NCBI GenBank assembly: GCA_001777915.1
Contig: MFFN01000004.1
Location: forward strand, 425,744-489,743
Direction of reading: 5' to 3'
DNA from: Candidatus Edwardsbacteria bacterium RifOxyA12_full_54_48
Lineage (GTDB): Bacteria > Edwardsbacteria > AC1 > EtOH8
DNA length: 64,000 bases
Of this stretch, positions 19,363 through 30,121 are shown in pieces (the stretch's first letter is position 1; each line of letters opens with the position of its first letter). The notes under the pieces are model-generated. The model was given only the letters and a program-made list of their open reading frames with translations. It was not told the origin of the DNA and ran no database searches. Both the position numbers and the translations under genes were made by a program.

Positions 19363-20478
19363 TTAAAAATTATAATTAATCCCAGCATATGCCAGGAGTT
19401 TTTTATAATTATAAAGCTCATCATTGGATGAATTATTGACATAATTAATCCCCGCCCCCAAATCTATGCCGTTGGGGCCATCTGACAACGGAGCGGTGTA
19501 GTCTATTCCCAAAACAGTCTCTCGGTCCAGCCGGACGGTCCCCAAACTTTGTCTGGTTAATATGCTGGCATTGTCCGCTGCCGGAAGGCTATAGGCATCA
19601 AGCTTGTCATAGCTTCTGCTGATATAATTGGCCCATAAGGCCATCTTCCCGGCGGGTTCAAGTATTAAAGTTACTTTTGCCCCCACCTGGCCGCCGGAAT
19701 AATCAAAATATTCGTTCACCTCGCTCAGTAAAGTGTCGGGCATATAATAAGGATCGGCGGTGGTCACCTGGTTTGTTAAATACGAGCATTCCAGGGAAAG
19801 GCCGATATTTGATCCAAGCCCCTGGCTTACCCGGCAACCCGGAGACAGGTTTGTAATATTCACTGGAACCTGGCTGTCGGCAGGCAAGGGAGAGAAATCG
19901 TACTTTTTATATCCTGCTAAAATTGTCAAACCGCTCCGGGTAGGAAGAAATATATTTATGGATAGGTTTGCTATTGATTGATCAAAGTCATATTTTGGTA
20001 AATTCTTATATTGATATCTCCCCAGGGCCCCGTCCGCTTTTAACAGCACCGGTTGAGCAATATATATTTTTGTCTCGCCGATAACTTTAAAATTATTGGT
20101 ATCATAAGCCGAGCGGTCCGCAGCATTGAATTGAAAGCTATAAGCGCCACCCAAACCAACGAAACCATCTTTTCCCAAATTCCGCCACAGGATCATTTTC
20201 AGCAAATGGTCGTTTTGATTGATGCCCAAATAACTGAGGTAGGCGCTGTAGCTGCCGGAATAATCAGCTCCCAAAATCATCCCGGCCAATTTTAAGTCAA
20301 TGTCGGTGTTAAGATCCAACCGGGCGGTTCCGACCACGCTGCCTCCGCCGTAGGAATCGTTATAGGCATTGCTGTCGTATTCGCCGCTCACCCCGATGCT
20401 TCCTTTGATCTGGGCAAATAAGGTTCCTGATAAAACTATTGTGATTATCCCGGTAATATAGAATTTTAAATTCCTCAT
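19363..20478 (-). CDS. Outer-membrane beta-barrel protein of unknown function
   Basis: Signal peptide MRNLKFYITGIITIVLSGTLFA. Alternating amphipathic beta-strand pattern. C-terminal ...YAGINYNF with terminal Phe typical of OMPs. Confidence 0.55.
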   Translation of the reverse strand: MRNLKFYITGIITIVLSGTLFAQIKGSIGVSGEYDSNAYNDSYGGGSVVGTARLDLNTDIDLKLAGMILGADYSGSYSAYLSYLGINQNDHLLKMILWRNLGKDGFVGLGGAYSFQFNAADRSAYDTNNFKVIGETKIYIAQPVLLKADGALGRYQYKNLPKYDFDQSIANLSINIFLPTRSGLTILAGYKKYDFSPLPADSQVPVNITNLSPGCRVSQGLGSNIGLSLECSYLTNQVTTADPYYMPDTLLSEVNEYFDYSGGQVGAKVTLILEPAGKMALWANYISRSYDKLDAYSLPAADNASILTRQSLGTVRLDRETVLGIDYTAPLSDGPNGIDLGAGINYVNNSSNDELYNYKKLLAYAGINYNF

Positions 20479-20561
20479 GGTTGGTCTTCCTTAAAGATGA
20501 TGTCACAAAGCAAGAGAAGCGCAGGTAAATAAGGTCCTGCGCTTCATTATTAAGTGCCTAT

Positions 20562-21068
20562 CTATCGGCCCCGCCCGGTGGTTGTGCTGCCGCCCTTCTT
20601 GCCATTGGCTCCGCCTTTGGGCGTCATATCATCATCCTTTCCGTCCTTTTTACGGGTACGGGTTCTGGTCTGCTCCTTGGTCTGGGTGGAATCGGATATA
20701 CCATCTCCATCCTCGTCCCGATATCTGGTCTGGGTCATTTCGCCCTGGCCCTTGTCGCCTTCCTCGGTGCGAGTGCGGATCTTCTGGTCCTGGCCTTTAT
20801 TCTGGGTGCGGACCTTGTTTTGTTCCTTTACCTTAGCAGAGTCGCTCTCCGTCAATTTCTTCTCTTCCCTGGTTCTGGTCTGGGCCATCTCGCCTTGTCC
20901 ATTTTGGCCCTCTTCAGTTCGAACCCTCAATTGGGTCTCCTCGCCCTGATTTTTAGTTTTGATCTCATTTTTCATTTTCAGACTGTCGCCCTCTTCAGCC
21001 AGGGCCACTGTGGTCAAGGCTAGAGAAAAAATTAAGACCGGCAGCAAAAGCATGATGAATTTCTTCAT
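20562..21068 (-). CDS. Small secreted low-complexity protein with K/T/E/Q/G-rich internal repeats
   Basis: Signal peptide MKKFIMLLLPVLIFSLALTTVALA. Repeated units ...RTEEGQNGQGEMAQTRTREE... / ...RTEEGDKGQGEMTQTRYRDED... KGG-type ending (TPKGGANGKKGG). The DNA is correspondingly repetitive. Confidence 0.5.
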   Translation of the reverse strand: MKKFIMLLLPVLIFSLALTTVALAEEGDSLKMKNEIKTKNQGEETQLRVRTEEGQNGQGEMAQTRTREEKKLTESDSAKVKEQNKVRTQNKGQDQKIRTRTEEGDKGQGEMTQTRYRDEDGDGISDSTQTKEQTRTRTRKKDGKDDDMTPKGGANGKKGGSTTTGRGR

Positions 21069-21285
21069 TTTATGAACCTCCTTATAAATTGCGGTTTGAT
21101 GGCCAGTTTCTGTTTTGTCATATTACATTAGAGTTGCCCATTATTAATAAGGTTCCCAAACATAATTATAACATTAATATTGATATTAGACAATCAATAT
21201 GATATCATGGCTTAGGTGTAGTTAATATGTTTTTTGAGTATCTCTAACTAATTGTATCGCATTGTATTATAAATATTATTAGTTT

Positions 21286-23211
21286 ATGAACAAAACATTC
21301 GATATCATAATCATTGGCGGGGGCCATGCCGGCATAGAGGCATCGGTAGTTTGTACCGGCATGGGGCTGAATACTGCTCTATTCAGCATCACCCTGGACC
21401 GTATCGGCTGGATGTCATGCAATCCGTCAATCGGCGGATTGGCTAAAAGCCATCTGGTAAAAGAGATCGATGCTCTGGGCGGAGCCATGGGCCGGTTGGC
21501 CGATTTGTCGGGGATACAGTTCCGAATGCTGAACAAAGGCAAAGGGCCTGCGGTCTGGTCTCTCAGGGCTCAATGTGACCGCCCGCTTTATTCGGCCGAA
21601 GCCAAGCATCTTCTGGAGAACCTGCCTAATTTAGAGCTGCGGCAGGCCTTGGTTGATGACATTATATTAGAGGAGCGGTCCGGCAAAAAGTGTGCGACCG
21701 GCGTGAGGACCGAAAGCGGCCAGGAGTTTTTTGCCCAGGCCGTGATCGTGGCCACCGGCACTTTTCTTAACGGTCTGATCCATATCGGAGACCGGTCCTT
21801 TCCGGCCGGCCGGGCCGGGGAATTCCCGGCCCGAAAATTATCAGATTCTCTAAAATTATCCGGGCTGAAGATGGGCCGGCTGAAGACCGGAACCCCGGCC
21901 CGGGTTAATTCTCAAAGCGTAGACTTTTCTGCAATGTCCGAACAGCCCGGCGACCCCGACCCGCTCCCCTTCTCCCGGCAGACCAGGATTTACGAGGTCA
22001 TCAATCAGCGCACCGATCAGAAAAGAAGGGTCTGGCCGGCGCTGCTTCAGATTCCCTGCTACCTTACCTACACCAACCCCGTAACCCACCAGATCATCCG
22101 AGACAATCTTTCCCGCTCGGCCCTTTATTCCGGCCGGATAACAGGCATCGGCCCCAGATATTGCCCCTCTATCGAGGACAAGGTGGTTCGCTTCTCCGAG
22201 CGACAGGGACATCAGGTTTTTATCGAGCCCGAGGGCCTCAATACCAATGAGCTGTATCTTAACGGCATCTCTTCCTCCCTGCCCGAGGAAGTTCAGGAGA
22301 AGATGATCCGCTCCATAAAAGGCCTGGAGAATGCTAAAATAACCAGGTCGGGCTACGCCATAGAATATGATTTTGTTTTTCCCACCCAGTTGTTTCCCAC
22401 CCTTGAGGCCAAACTGGTATCCGGGCTGTACCTCGCCGGGCAGATCAACGGCACTTCGGGATATGAGGAGGCCGCGGCCCAGGGGCTGATGGCCGGGATC
22501 AATGCTGCTCAAAAGATTTTAGGGAACGATCCCTTCATTCTGCGAAGAGACCAGGCCTATATCGGAGTTTTGATAGATGACCTGGTCACCAAGGGAACCG
22601 AGGAGCCATACCGGATGTTCACCTCCCGGGCCGAATACCGGCTGTTGCTGCGTCAGGACAACGCCGAGCAAAGGCTTCTGGCTTATGGTTATGGCCTGGG
22701 TCTTATCGCCGAGGATAGGTGGGTCGATTTCCAAAGGACCCAAGGCAGAGTGGAGTCTGAAATCCAGCGTCTTCGTCTGGAAAAAGCCCTGCCGCCGGAT
22801 GCCAATGGTATTCTTGAGAGACTGGGAACCTCGCCCATCAGCCAGCCAGCCAGCCTGGCCGAATTATTGAAACGTCCCGAGGTGACTTACGATGATCTAC
22901 TGCCCTTGGACCAGTACCGCCCGGATTACGACCGGACGGTTTTTGAAAAGGTGGAGTTGGAGCTTAAATACGGCGGATATGCCAAACGCCAGCAGGATGA
23001 GGCCCTGAGGATGAGGGGGCTGGAAAATATGGTGCTGTCGAACGACTTCGATTACGATCTGGTTTATGGCCTTTCCTCCGAAGCCCGCCAGAAACTGCAG
23101 AAACTTAAACCCCTCAGCCTGGGCCAGGCCTCGAGAATATCGGGCGTGTCCCCGGCAGATATTAGTATGCTGCTGATTCACCTGAAGAAGGCAAAACCTG
23201 CTGCCCATTAA
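21286..23211 (+). CDS. mnmG: tRNA uridine 5-carboxymethylaminomethyl modification enzyme MnmG (GidA)
   Basis: FAD-binding N-terminus [16 protein letters not shown]. Conserved MnmG length (641 aa) and C-terminal [17 protein letters not shown] motif. AT-rich promoter region upstream. Confidence 0.9.
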   Translation: MNKTFDIIIIGGGHAGIEASVVCTGMGLNTALFSITLDRIGWMSCNPSIGGLAKSHLVKEIDALGGAMGRLADLSGIQFRMLNKGKGPAVWSLRAQCDRPLYSAEAKHLLENLPNLELRQALVDDIILEERSGKKCATGVRTESGQEFFAQAVIVATGTFLNGLIHIGDRSFPAGRAGEFPARKLSDSLKLSGLKMGRLKTGTPARVNSQSVDFSAMSEQPGDPDPLPFSRQTRIYEVINQRTDQKRRVWPALLQIPCYLTYTNPVTHQIIRDNLSRSALYSGRITGIGPRYCPSIEDKVVRFSERQGHQVFIEPEGLNTNELYLNGISSSLPEEVQEKMIRSIKGLENAKITRSGYAIEYDFVFPTQLFPTLEAKLVSGLYLAGQINGTSGYEEAAAQGLMAGINAAQKILGNDPFILRRDQAYIGVLIDDLVTKGTEEPYRMFTSRAEYRLLLRQDNAEQRLLAYGYGLGLIAEDRWVDFQRTQGRVESEIQRLRLEKALPPDANGILERLGTSPISQPASLAELLKRPEVTYDDLLPLDQYRPDYDRTVFEKVELELKYGGYAKRQQDEALRMRGLENMVLSNDFDYDLVYGLSSEARQKLQKLKPLSLGQASRISGVSPADISMLLIHLKKAKPAAH

Positions 23212-23287
23212 TTTCAACTTGATATCTGGGGCATTTTCTTGTAATATGGTTGTGTTCGTTTTCAGTTATAATTTGGAGGAGATGGTC

Positions 23288-25255
23288 ATGAAAAAAATAA
23301 TTATGTCGGCACTGGTCCTGATTTCTTTCTGCCTGTCCTGGGGGCAGGCCATTAAATTCGAATTCTCCAACATCCAGTTCCGCACCGGACGGGCCAGCAT
23401 AGACCCCAAAACCTATCCGGCCCTTGATTCCCTGGCGGAATTTTTAAAGAACTCCGGAGCCAAGATAGAAGTTGCCGGACATACCGACAATGTTGGGGGA
23501 TCCAGAGCCAATCAGCGGTTGTCCCAGCAACGGGCCGAAGCAGCCAGGCGTTACCTGATCTCCCGGCATCGTATTCCGGCATCGCAACTGGTTGCCAAGG
23601 GCTACGGGGACCTTTTTTCCCTGGTTCCCAACCTGACCGCCGAATACCGGGCTCGGAACCGCCGGGTGGAGATCACCATACTTTCCAAGATCAGGACCGC
23701 CCGGCTTTCATACATCCAGGGCAATGTCTTCACGCGCAAACAAGGCATCAGCAGCTGGCAACCGGCGGTGCTGGACCAGGTGCTTACCATACAGGACGAG
23801 GTGGTGACCGATTCGCTGGGCCGGGCCGAGATCACCTTTGACAACGGCACCAGGATCAAGGTGCTTCCCAGATCGGATGTTGTGATCACCAAGCAGTCCT
23901 GGAGCGAAAAGGAGGGGGCCGGAGATACCGAGCTAAAGCTTTTGACCGGGCGCACCCTTTCTAGAGTGTCCAAACTCCGGAACAGCCGGGAGCGCTTTTT
24001 GGTGACCACCCCCACCGCAGTGGCCGGCAGCCGTGGCGCGGAATTCATCGTGGAACAAAAGCCCGACCGGACCGCCCTGCTCTCGGTCTGGGAAAGCAAT
24101 GTATCCTGGCAGTGGCCGGCAGCCGGCTCCATGGAGAGGGAGGTCCCTTCGGGCAAGGGGTGCCTTTGCCGTTACGGACAGCAGCCGGAACCCCCGGTGG
24201 ACCTGCCGGCTCCGCCGTTCCCAAAATCCCCGGCGGCCAATGATACTTTCTTTTATAATCCGGACCGGACCCGTTCCATCACTTATCATTGGAGCAAGCC
24301 GGCTGATATTAAGGCCCACCTCCTGGTCTGGCAAGATGCTGATCAGAACGAGGTACTGGTTGACGCAGTTGTGTCCAACGACAGCTTTAAAATGGCTCCT
24401 CCAAAGGCCGACAAGATCTACTGGTCATTGACGGCGGTAGATTCTGTAGGATTTGAGGGACAACCCTGGCCCAGCCGGGTGTTATATCTATCCCGGAAGC
24501 TGGATAATCCGCAACTGGAGATAATAAACCCGCGGCCCGATCAGAAAATTCCATCTGCTGCCACACTAGTCGCCGGCCTGAGCGAATATAAAGCAGTAGT
24601 TACCATCAACGGGCAGACATTATCAACCCAAAATGACGGCGGGTTTTCTCAACCCCTAAAACTGACCCCGGGAATAAATAACATAATAGTTACTTCTACC
24701 GATCGGGCCGGCAATACCGCCTCGATGTCTTTCAGTGTGGTCTCTTCGCCTCTCAAGCGTTATGAGCTGCAGCCCTTTGGTGCCGGCATCAAGCTGCTGG
24801 GGGGGGATCTTGACGACAGTGAGATCGGATTCCTGGCTGGCCTGAAGGTGGGATACAATCTGTCCGAAAAGATCGGGATAGGCGTCCTGAGCGGGTATGG
24901 GCAGGCTGGAGCCAAAAATGTCGGAGCTCCTTCCCAGGAGTACCTTACGGCCATTATGGCTGCCGGAGCCTGGGGGAAATATACCTTTGCCCCGGAAGCC
25001 GCAGTCACTCCTTATTTGACAGCCGAGGCCGGAGCCATCCTGTGGAAGAACCAGTATAACGATGCCACAATTTATGAATCGAACAGCCCGTTCGTCGTCA
25101 TCGGGCCGGGAGTGAGGTTCAATCTGAACCCCGGCATCGGACTGCAGGTCGAAGGGAAGGGCGGATTCATGGCCAACAATGATCCCAACTCCGGACCGCT
25201 GGATGCCAACAACCTGTTCCTCGTAGGATCGTTCGCTGTCTGCTTTGGCTTTTAA
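23288..25255 (+). CDS. Outer-membrane protein with N-terminal OmpA_C-like domain, FecR-like domain and C-terminal beta-barrel (start at MKKIIM, RBS GGAGGA)
   Basis: Signal peptide. OmpA-like peptidoglycan-binding block (FRTGRASIDPKTYPALDSLAEFLKNSGAKIEVAGHTDNVGGSRANQRLSQQRAEAARRYL...RRVEITIL). FecR-like segment (ITFDNGTRIKVLPRSDVVI). C-terminal barrel-like repeats ending ...AVCFGF. Confidence 0.6.
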   Translation: MKKIIMSALVLISFCLSWGQAIKFEFSNIQFRTGRASIDPKTYPALDSLAEFLKNSGAKIEVAGHTDNVGGSRANQRLSQQRAEAARRYLISRHRIPASQLVAKGYGDLFSLVPNLTAEYRARNRRVEITILSKIRTARLSYIQGNVFTRKQGISSWQPAVLDQVLTIQDEVVTDSLGRAEITFDNGTRIKVLPRSDVVITKQSWSEKEGAGDTELKLLTGRTLSRVSKLRNSRERFLVTTPTAVAGSRGAEFIVEQKPDRTALLSVWESNVSWQWPAAGSMEREVPSGKGCLCRYGQQPEPPVDLPAPPFPKSPAANDTFFYNPDRTRSITYHWSKPADIKAHLLVWQDADQNEVLVDAVVSNDSFKMAPPKADKIYWSLTAVDSVGFEGQPWPSRVLYLSRKLDNPQLEIINPRPDQKIPSAATLVAGLSEYKAVVTINGQTLSTQNDGGFSQPLKLTPGINNIIVTSTDRAGNTASMSFSVVSSPLKRYELQPFGAGIKLLGGDLDDSEIGFLAGLKVGYNLSEKIGIGVLSGYGQAGAKNVGAPSQEYLTAIMAAGAWGKYTFAPEAAVTPYLTAEAGAILWKNQYNDATIYESNSPFVVIGPGVRFNLNPGIGLQVEGKGGFMANNDPNSGPLDANNLFLVGSFAVCFGF

Positions 25256-25280
25256 ATAACCGTTGGTCTCAAAAATGATA

Positions 25281-25310
25281 AAAGGGCCTTCCTGCAGGAA
25301 GGCCCTTTTT
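25281..25310. terminator. Bidirectional rho-independent terminator between convergent genes
   Basis: AAAGGGCCTTCC tgca GGAAGGCCCTTTTT; perfect 10-bp stem with A/T runs on both sides. Confidence 0.7.
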
Positions 25311-25323
25311 CAGTAATGATGCA

Positions 25324-26010
25324 TCAAACATTGGGGTCGGCAATTATCTTCTTCCGGCACCTTATCCATCCGGCCAGCAGCCCCAGGAAGAAAAGCAGCA
25401 GGGCCAGAACGGCAGAGAGCAACCCCAGCAGATATTTATCCCGGGGACTGGTTTGTCCGGGGTTATTATCATAGCCCCTTTCCTTGACGGTCACATATAT
25501 CAAGGCCTGGGTGCTGTCCAGCTGAGCAGAGCTCCTCAGCTGGCTCTCCAGCGATTCTATCTGCTGGGTCAGCAGCTTGACGATCTCCGGTTCCGGCTTT
25601 TCGGAGGAGATCGCCCTCTCCAGATATTTTTTGAATATGCCCAGCTTCTGCCGCAGGCTCTCCGAATCGTAATAATTCTGATACTCGCTATAGCTTTTGG
25701 ACTGGACATCGCCCAGTTCGGCGAAAGATCCCATAAGGGCCAGGGCCTTCTCCTTGGCGACCTGAAGGTTGATGTTTATGGAGCGTTTCTTGGTCTGATT
25801 ATTGGTGTATTCGTTGAAGTTCTTGACCATGGGGTTGAATTCGGCATTGATCCGGTCGATCTTTTGGGTAACGCCTTTCATGCTCCCGACCTCTATGACC
25901 AGGTTGCCGTTTCCGGCCCCGCCGGCCGATCCGATCCTGGCGGCGACACTTTCGGCACCAGCCATTCCCCACATCAGCAAAGCAAACCAGCACAAAATAT
26001 TTCGTGCCAT
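25324..26010 (-). CDS. Membrane-anchored protein of unknown function (N-terminal signal peptide, C-terminal TM helix)
   Basis: MARNILCWFALLMWGMAGA signal. Coiled-coil-like middle. C-terminal hydrophobic LLGLLSAVLALLLFFLGLLAGWI followed by a basic tail. Confidence 0.5.
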   Translation of the reverse strand: MARNILCWFALLMWGMAGAESVAARIGSAGGAGNGNLVIEVGSMKGVTQKIDRINAEFNPMVKNFNEYTNNQTKKRSININLQVAKEKALALMGSFAELGDVQSKSYSEYQNYYDSESLRQKLGIFKKYLERAISSEKPEPEIVKLLTQQIESLESQLRSSAQLDSTQALIYVTVKERGYDNNPGQTSPRDKYLLGLLSAVLALLLFFLGLLAGWIRCRKKIIADPNV

Positions 26011-26101
26011 TCATCTCTCCTTAAAATATTAACGTTGCGGTCACAAAGCATCGTATATACCAGTATAATGCCGGTGATATTCCCGGTCAAGAGAATATTT
26101 A

Positions 26102-26971
26102 TCAGGTTTCGGCCAGCACCACCCCGCCGATCAGGATCATCCCCCCGATGACCAGTCCGGCGGTCAAATTTTCCCCCAACAGGAAGATGCCAGACAACAC
26201 GGTCACCAGTGGTATCAAGTATACCACCGCTCCCAGCCGGGCGGCCTCGGTATGTTTTAAGGCCCAGGACCAGACCAGGAACCCGAAGATGGTGCACACC
26301 AAGGTCAGAAAAGCCAGCGCCCACCAGGCCGGAGCCGGCAACTGGGCCAGGTTGCCCGGAATGAAAAAAACCAGCGGCAGGCTGCCCCACAATATGGCCG
26401 ACATGGTTATCAGGCTGGGATCCTCCCGGCTCATCATGGGCTTTCCCACGATGGTGTAAATTGCCCAGGATATCGGCGCACCCAGCGTGATCAGCACCCC
26501 CCACAGGTAGTTGAAGTTGATGGGGTCACTGGTCCCCCAGCGCACCACCGCAAACAGGCCGGCGAAGGAGACGATTATCCCCAGCAGTTTTCTGGCGGTG
26601 ATCTTTTCCCTCAAAGCCAGCCTGGAGGCGATCAGGGTGAAGATGGGGGAGAGGCCGACCATCAGGCTGGCGGTTCCGGCTGCAATTCTGGTCTCGCCGA
26701 AGTTGAGGGCCAGATTATATCCCAGGACGCCGGTAATTCCGTACAGCAAGATGCCCCGCCACTCTTTGCCCCAGGCCACCAGCATTTTTTTGGGGCCATA
26801 GAAGACCAGCATCACAGCCAGGACGATCGCCGCCGCCGGAACATACCGCAGAGCGGTAAGCCCCATGGCTGAAAACTTCTGAACCTCCAGCAGATATTTG
26901 ATGGCCACAAAAGCAATCCCCCAAGAGAGAACCACCAGCAGCATCAAGAAAAGCAGCAATATTTTTTTCAT
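26102..26971 (-). CDS. EamA/DMT-family transporter
   Basis: 10 predicted TM helices. Duplicated EamA-like halves. Adjacent paralog. Confidence 0.7.
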   Translation of the reverse strand: MKKILLLFLMLLVVLSWGIAFVAIKYLLEVQKFSAMGLTALRYVPAAAIVLAVMLVFYGPKKMLVAWGKEWRGILLYGITGVLGYNLALNFGETRIAAGTASLMVGLSPIFTLIASRLALREKITARKLLGIIVSFAGLFAVVRWGTSDPINFNYLWGVLITLGAPISWAIYTIVGKPMMSREDPSLITMSAILWGSLPLVFFIPGNLAQLPAPAWWALAFLTLVCTIFGFLVWSWALKHTEAARLGAVVYLIPLVTVLSGIFLLGENLTAGLVIGGMILIGGVVLAET

Positions 26972-26983
26972 ATATTTCCCGGA

Positions 26984-27835
26984 TTATTTTCCCAATTCGG
27001 CGGTGAGGGTCCCCGCCAGTATCATGCCCGCCCCCAGCCATCCCGCCATCGGCAGCCTCTCGCCGAAAAGCACAAAGGCAAAACCCGCCGCAAACAGGGG
27101 CTCCATGGTATAGATGATGGCGGCCCTGGTGGCGGTGGTCCTTCTCTGCCAGTAGAACTGGATGACCAGCGCCCCGGCGGTGGCCAGCAGGCTGGTGACG
27201 GCCAGGTCCAGCAGTAGGCTTTGTGACCAATGCCAATGCGGTTTTTCCAAGATGCCGACGAACATGGCCGAAAGAACAATGGTGGTTATTATTTGGACCA
27301 TTATCATGTCCAGGGGAGGATGTTTTTGGGTGAATTTCTGCACCAGCACCACCTCCACTGCGAAGCTGACTGCGCAGAGGGCGGTCAGCAGGTCTCCCTT
27401 GTTGAAACCTCCGGCCTCGGGACGGGAGAGGAAGTACAGCCCCGCGGCGGCCATGATCACCCCCAGTATCTGCCAGCCGTCACTTTTGGTCTTCAACATG
27501 ACGACCGAGAGCGATGGCACCAGCACCACGCACATTCCGGTGATAAAGGCCGATCGGGTGGCGGTGGTGTGAACCAATCCCACGGTCTGAAAGGCAAATC
27601 CGGCGAACAAAAAAACCCCTATCAGCATTCCGTCGCGCCAGCCCTCCCGGGAAAGTTTTTTCAATCCCTTATAACAGAAAGGCAGCAACACCAACCCGGC
27701 CAGCAGGAATCGCACCCCCAAAAAGATCAGGGGAGAGGCATACAGCATGGCGTCCTTGACCGCCACAAAGGTGACGCCCCAAAAAAAGGTGGCCAGCAAC
27801 AGCCACATATCGGCTTTAAAATGTCTGTTCGGCAT
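26984..27835 (-). CDS. EamA/DMT-family transporter (tandem paralog)
   Basis: 10 TM helices with EamA-like repeat structure. 12-bp gap to the downstream paralog. Confidence 0.7.
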   Translation of the reverse strand: MPNRHFKADMWLLLATFFWGVTFVAVKDAMLYASPLIFLGVRFLLAGLVLLPFCYKGLKKLSREGWRDGMLIGVFLFAGFAFQTVGLVHTTATRSAFITGMCVVLVPSLSVVMLKTKSDGWQILGVIMAAAGLYFLSRPEAGGFNKGDLLTALCAVSFAVEVVLVQKFTQKHPPLDMIMVQIITTIVLSAMFVGILEKPHWHWSQSLLLDLAVTSLLATAGALVIQFYWQRRTTATRAAIIYTMEPLFAAGFAFVLFGERLPMAGWLGAGMILAGTLTAELGK

Positions 27836-27902
27836 AGGCAGATATTATATCATAAAAGCCGGGAGTTTTAATATGCTCCGGCCCCGGTGAAGGAAAGAGT
27901 AT

Positions 27903-28874
27903 TTATATCGCCAGGCTTCGTTCTCTTTCGGAACTATTTTTATTTCCCATCATTCCCTCGATGCCGTTCAATATCTGCCGGATCTCGCTCCGGGTGGGTG
28001 GATAGTAGCGGTCGGCGGAACCAAGGGTGGGGTCCCGGTATAATTTGATCAGCTTGCCGCGGCTCTCCCGGGCGATGATGGTTGACAGCTTCTCGCCCGG
28101 CATGAATTTGGCCTGATCCTGATTCCGGAAGGAGGGATTTATCATCAGCAGGGAGAGGGCCTGTTTGCGGTACAGGGAGGCCGCCCGGATGGTCTCCCGG
28201 TAGGCCGGCTCATCGAAGATGTCGGGGCAATGGGCGGTCAGGGGCTCGGGATAGCCGTCGCTGAGCAGGATGACCAGGTTGGTGGAGCCGGGCTTGCGGA
28301 ATTTCTCCAGCCGGACCATGGCCAGGGCTTTTAGCAGGCCGTCGGCCAGCGGGCTCTCCCCCTGGACCTTGAGGCCCATCAGCCCCTTGGTGATCACCCG
28401 GTAGTTGTGGGTAGGATGGTTGAGTATCTTGGCCTGCATGCCCTGCAGGGAGATCAGGCCGATGCGGTCCTGATGCAGCTTGAAGTAGCCGGTCAGGGAA
28501 TCCAGTATCTCGGCGAAGATCTTGATGAAGGGGAAGGTGGATCGGCTGACGTCCACCAGCAGCACCAGGGTCATGCTCTGGCGCTCCAGCTTCTCCCAGC
28601 CCACAAAATCGCCGGGGCCGATGCTGAATTCCTTCCGGGACAGCGAATATTTGCCGCCTATCAAGGAGCCGACCACCGTCTGCAGCGGGGCCAGGGTGTT
28701 CTCGCCGGCCCGAAAGCGGACGGCCTTGATGTTGCGTCCGGACCGGTCGCTGATGACCGACCGGCGTTTCTTGCTGCCGCGGACAGTCCTGGACTTTAAG
28801 CGGCTTATTTTGTTGAGGAATTTGAAGAAGGCTTTTTTTAGCTGGCTGAAGGTGCCGGGCGGCTCCTGGAACAA
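27903..28874 (-). CDS. VWA-domain protein (ChlD/BchD C-terminal-like)
   Basis: MIDAS-type motif LVLLVDVSRST ... ILLSDG. Sits immediately downstream of a ChlI-like ATPase gene. Confidence 0.65.
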   Translation of the reverse strand: MFQEPPGTFSQLKKAFFKFLNKISRLKSRTVRGSKKRRSVISDRSGRNIKAVRFRAGENTLAPLQTVVGSLIGGKYSLSRKEFSIGPGDFVGWEKLERQSMTLVLLVDVSRSTFPFIKIFAEILDSLTGYFKLHQDRIGLISLQGMQAKILNHPTHNYRVITKGLMGLKVQGESPLADGLLKALAMVRLEKFRKPGSTNLVILLSDGYPEPLTAHCPDIFDEPAYRETIRAASLYRKQALSLLMINPSFRNQDQAKFMPGEKLSTIIARESRGKLIKLYRDPTLGSADRYYPPTRSEIRQILNGIEGMMGNKNSSERERSLAI

Positions 28875-28978
28875 AACCGGGGCCGCCTGGTCCTGAGCCT
28901 GGGGGCGGAGAAGGATGACCGGTCTTTTCTTTTTCCTGAAAGTTAGTATCTTTTTGGAGAGATCCAGAAATTTTTCAG

Positions 28979-30121
28979 CTAGGGATTGCCGTTTTTTTTT
29001 ACCCCTGGCTGGTCGGAGGGAACGGCAACCTGGATCTTCTGCTTGGCAGTTGTTTTTTGGATCGGCTCTTTGTCCCTGGGCAGATTTTTATTGAAATTAT
29101 CCATTATTTCATCGGTGGTTGGCGGCTCCAGCAGTCCGCCGTCCCGGGTGCGGTGGACCAGGGTCAGCTCGGAGGCCAGAAGGATATCGCCGGAAAAAAC
29201 TTCGCTGCGCCCGTTGAGGGCGGCCAGGGTCATGGCGGTCTTGATTATCACGATATCGGGCCGCTGGCCGTCCACTTTCAGGGCGGCGCAGGAGACGGCC
29301 ACCGAATCTATCAGCGACGGATCGATGGTCACCCGGGGCAGCAGCTCCCGGGCGGAGAGGATCTGCTTTCCAGTCTCCGCCTCCTGTCCGGCGAACTTTT
29401 TGTGGAAGGCCTCCCGGTCATTCTCGAACAGCAGGTTGCTCTGCACCACCTGGGAGCGGATGGCGGGATCCTTGATGGTCTCGATCTTCACGCACAGCGG
29501 GAAGCGGTCCAGGATCTGGGGACGGAGATCGCCCTCTTCGGGATTCATGGTGCCCACCAGGACAAAATCGGCCGGATGGGAGACCGAGATGCCCTCGCGC
29601 TCGATGGTGTTCCAGTGGGTGGAGGCGGCATCCAGGATGTCGTCCACCAGATGGTCCGGCAGCAGGTTGACCTCGTCCACGTAGAGGATGTTGCCGTTGG
29701 CCTGGCCCAGGATGCCCGGCAGGATCACCTTCTGGCCGGTCTTCAAGAGCTTTTCGATGTCGATGCTTCCGATCAGCCGGTCCTCGGTGCAGCTTAGGGG
29801 AAGGTTGATTATCCTCATCTTCCGGGTGACAGCCTGATGGTCCGGCCTTTGGCGGCACAGCGAGCAGAGATCCTGGGGTTTTGCCGGATGGCAGTTGAAA
29901 ATGCAGCCGTCGACCGCCTGGCCCTCCGGCAGGATGGACTCCACCGAATGGACGATGGTGCTTTTTCCCGTGCCCTTGGGCCCGCTGATCAGCAGCCCGC
30001 CTATCCGGGGATTGACGATGTTGGCCAGATAGGCATATTTCAGCTTATCCTGGCCCAGAATGGCGGAAAAAAGAAAACGTCTGTTTTGAGAGATATTCAT
30101 ATTTTCAAACCTTATAATCAA
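28979..30121 (-). CDS. ChlI/BchI-like AAA+ ATPase (Mg-chelatase subunit I family); start possibly MNISQ at 30101
   Basis: FSAILGQDKLKYAYLANIVNPRIGGLLISGPKGTGKST (Walker A). ILYVDEVNLL (Walker B). LPLSCTEDRLIGSIDIEKLL (ChlI-conserved). Cys-rich insert CIFNCHPAKPQDLCSLC. Confidence 0.7.
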   Translation of the reverse strand: MIIRFENMNISQNRRFLFSAILGQDKLKYAYLANIVNPRIGGLLISGPKGTGKSTIVHSVESILPEGQAVDGCIFNCHPAKPQDLCSLCRQRPDHQAVTRKMRIINLPLSCTEDRLIGSIDIEKLLKTGQKVILPGILGQANGNILYVDEVNLLPDHLVDDILDAASTHWNTIEREGISVSHPADFVLVGTMNPEEGDLRPQILDRFPLCVKIETIKDPAIRSQVVQSNLLFENDREAFHKKFAGQEAETGKQILSARELLPRVTIDPSLIDSVAVSCAALKVDGQRPDIVIIKTAMTLAALNGRSEVFSGDILLASELTLVHRTRDGGLLEPPTTDEIMDNFNKNLPRDKEPIQKTTAKQKIQVAVPSDQPGVKKNGNP

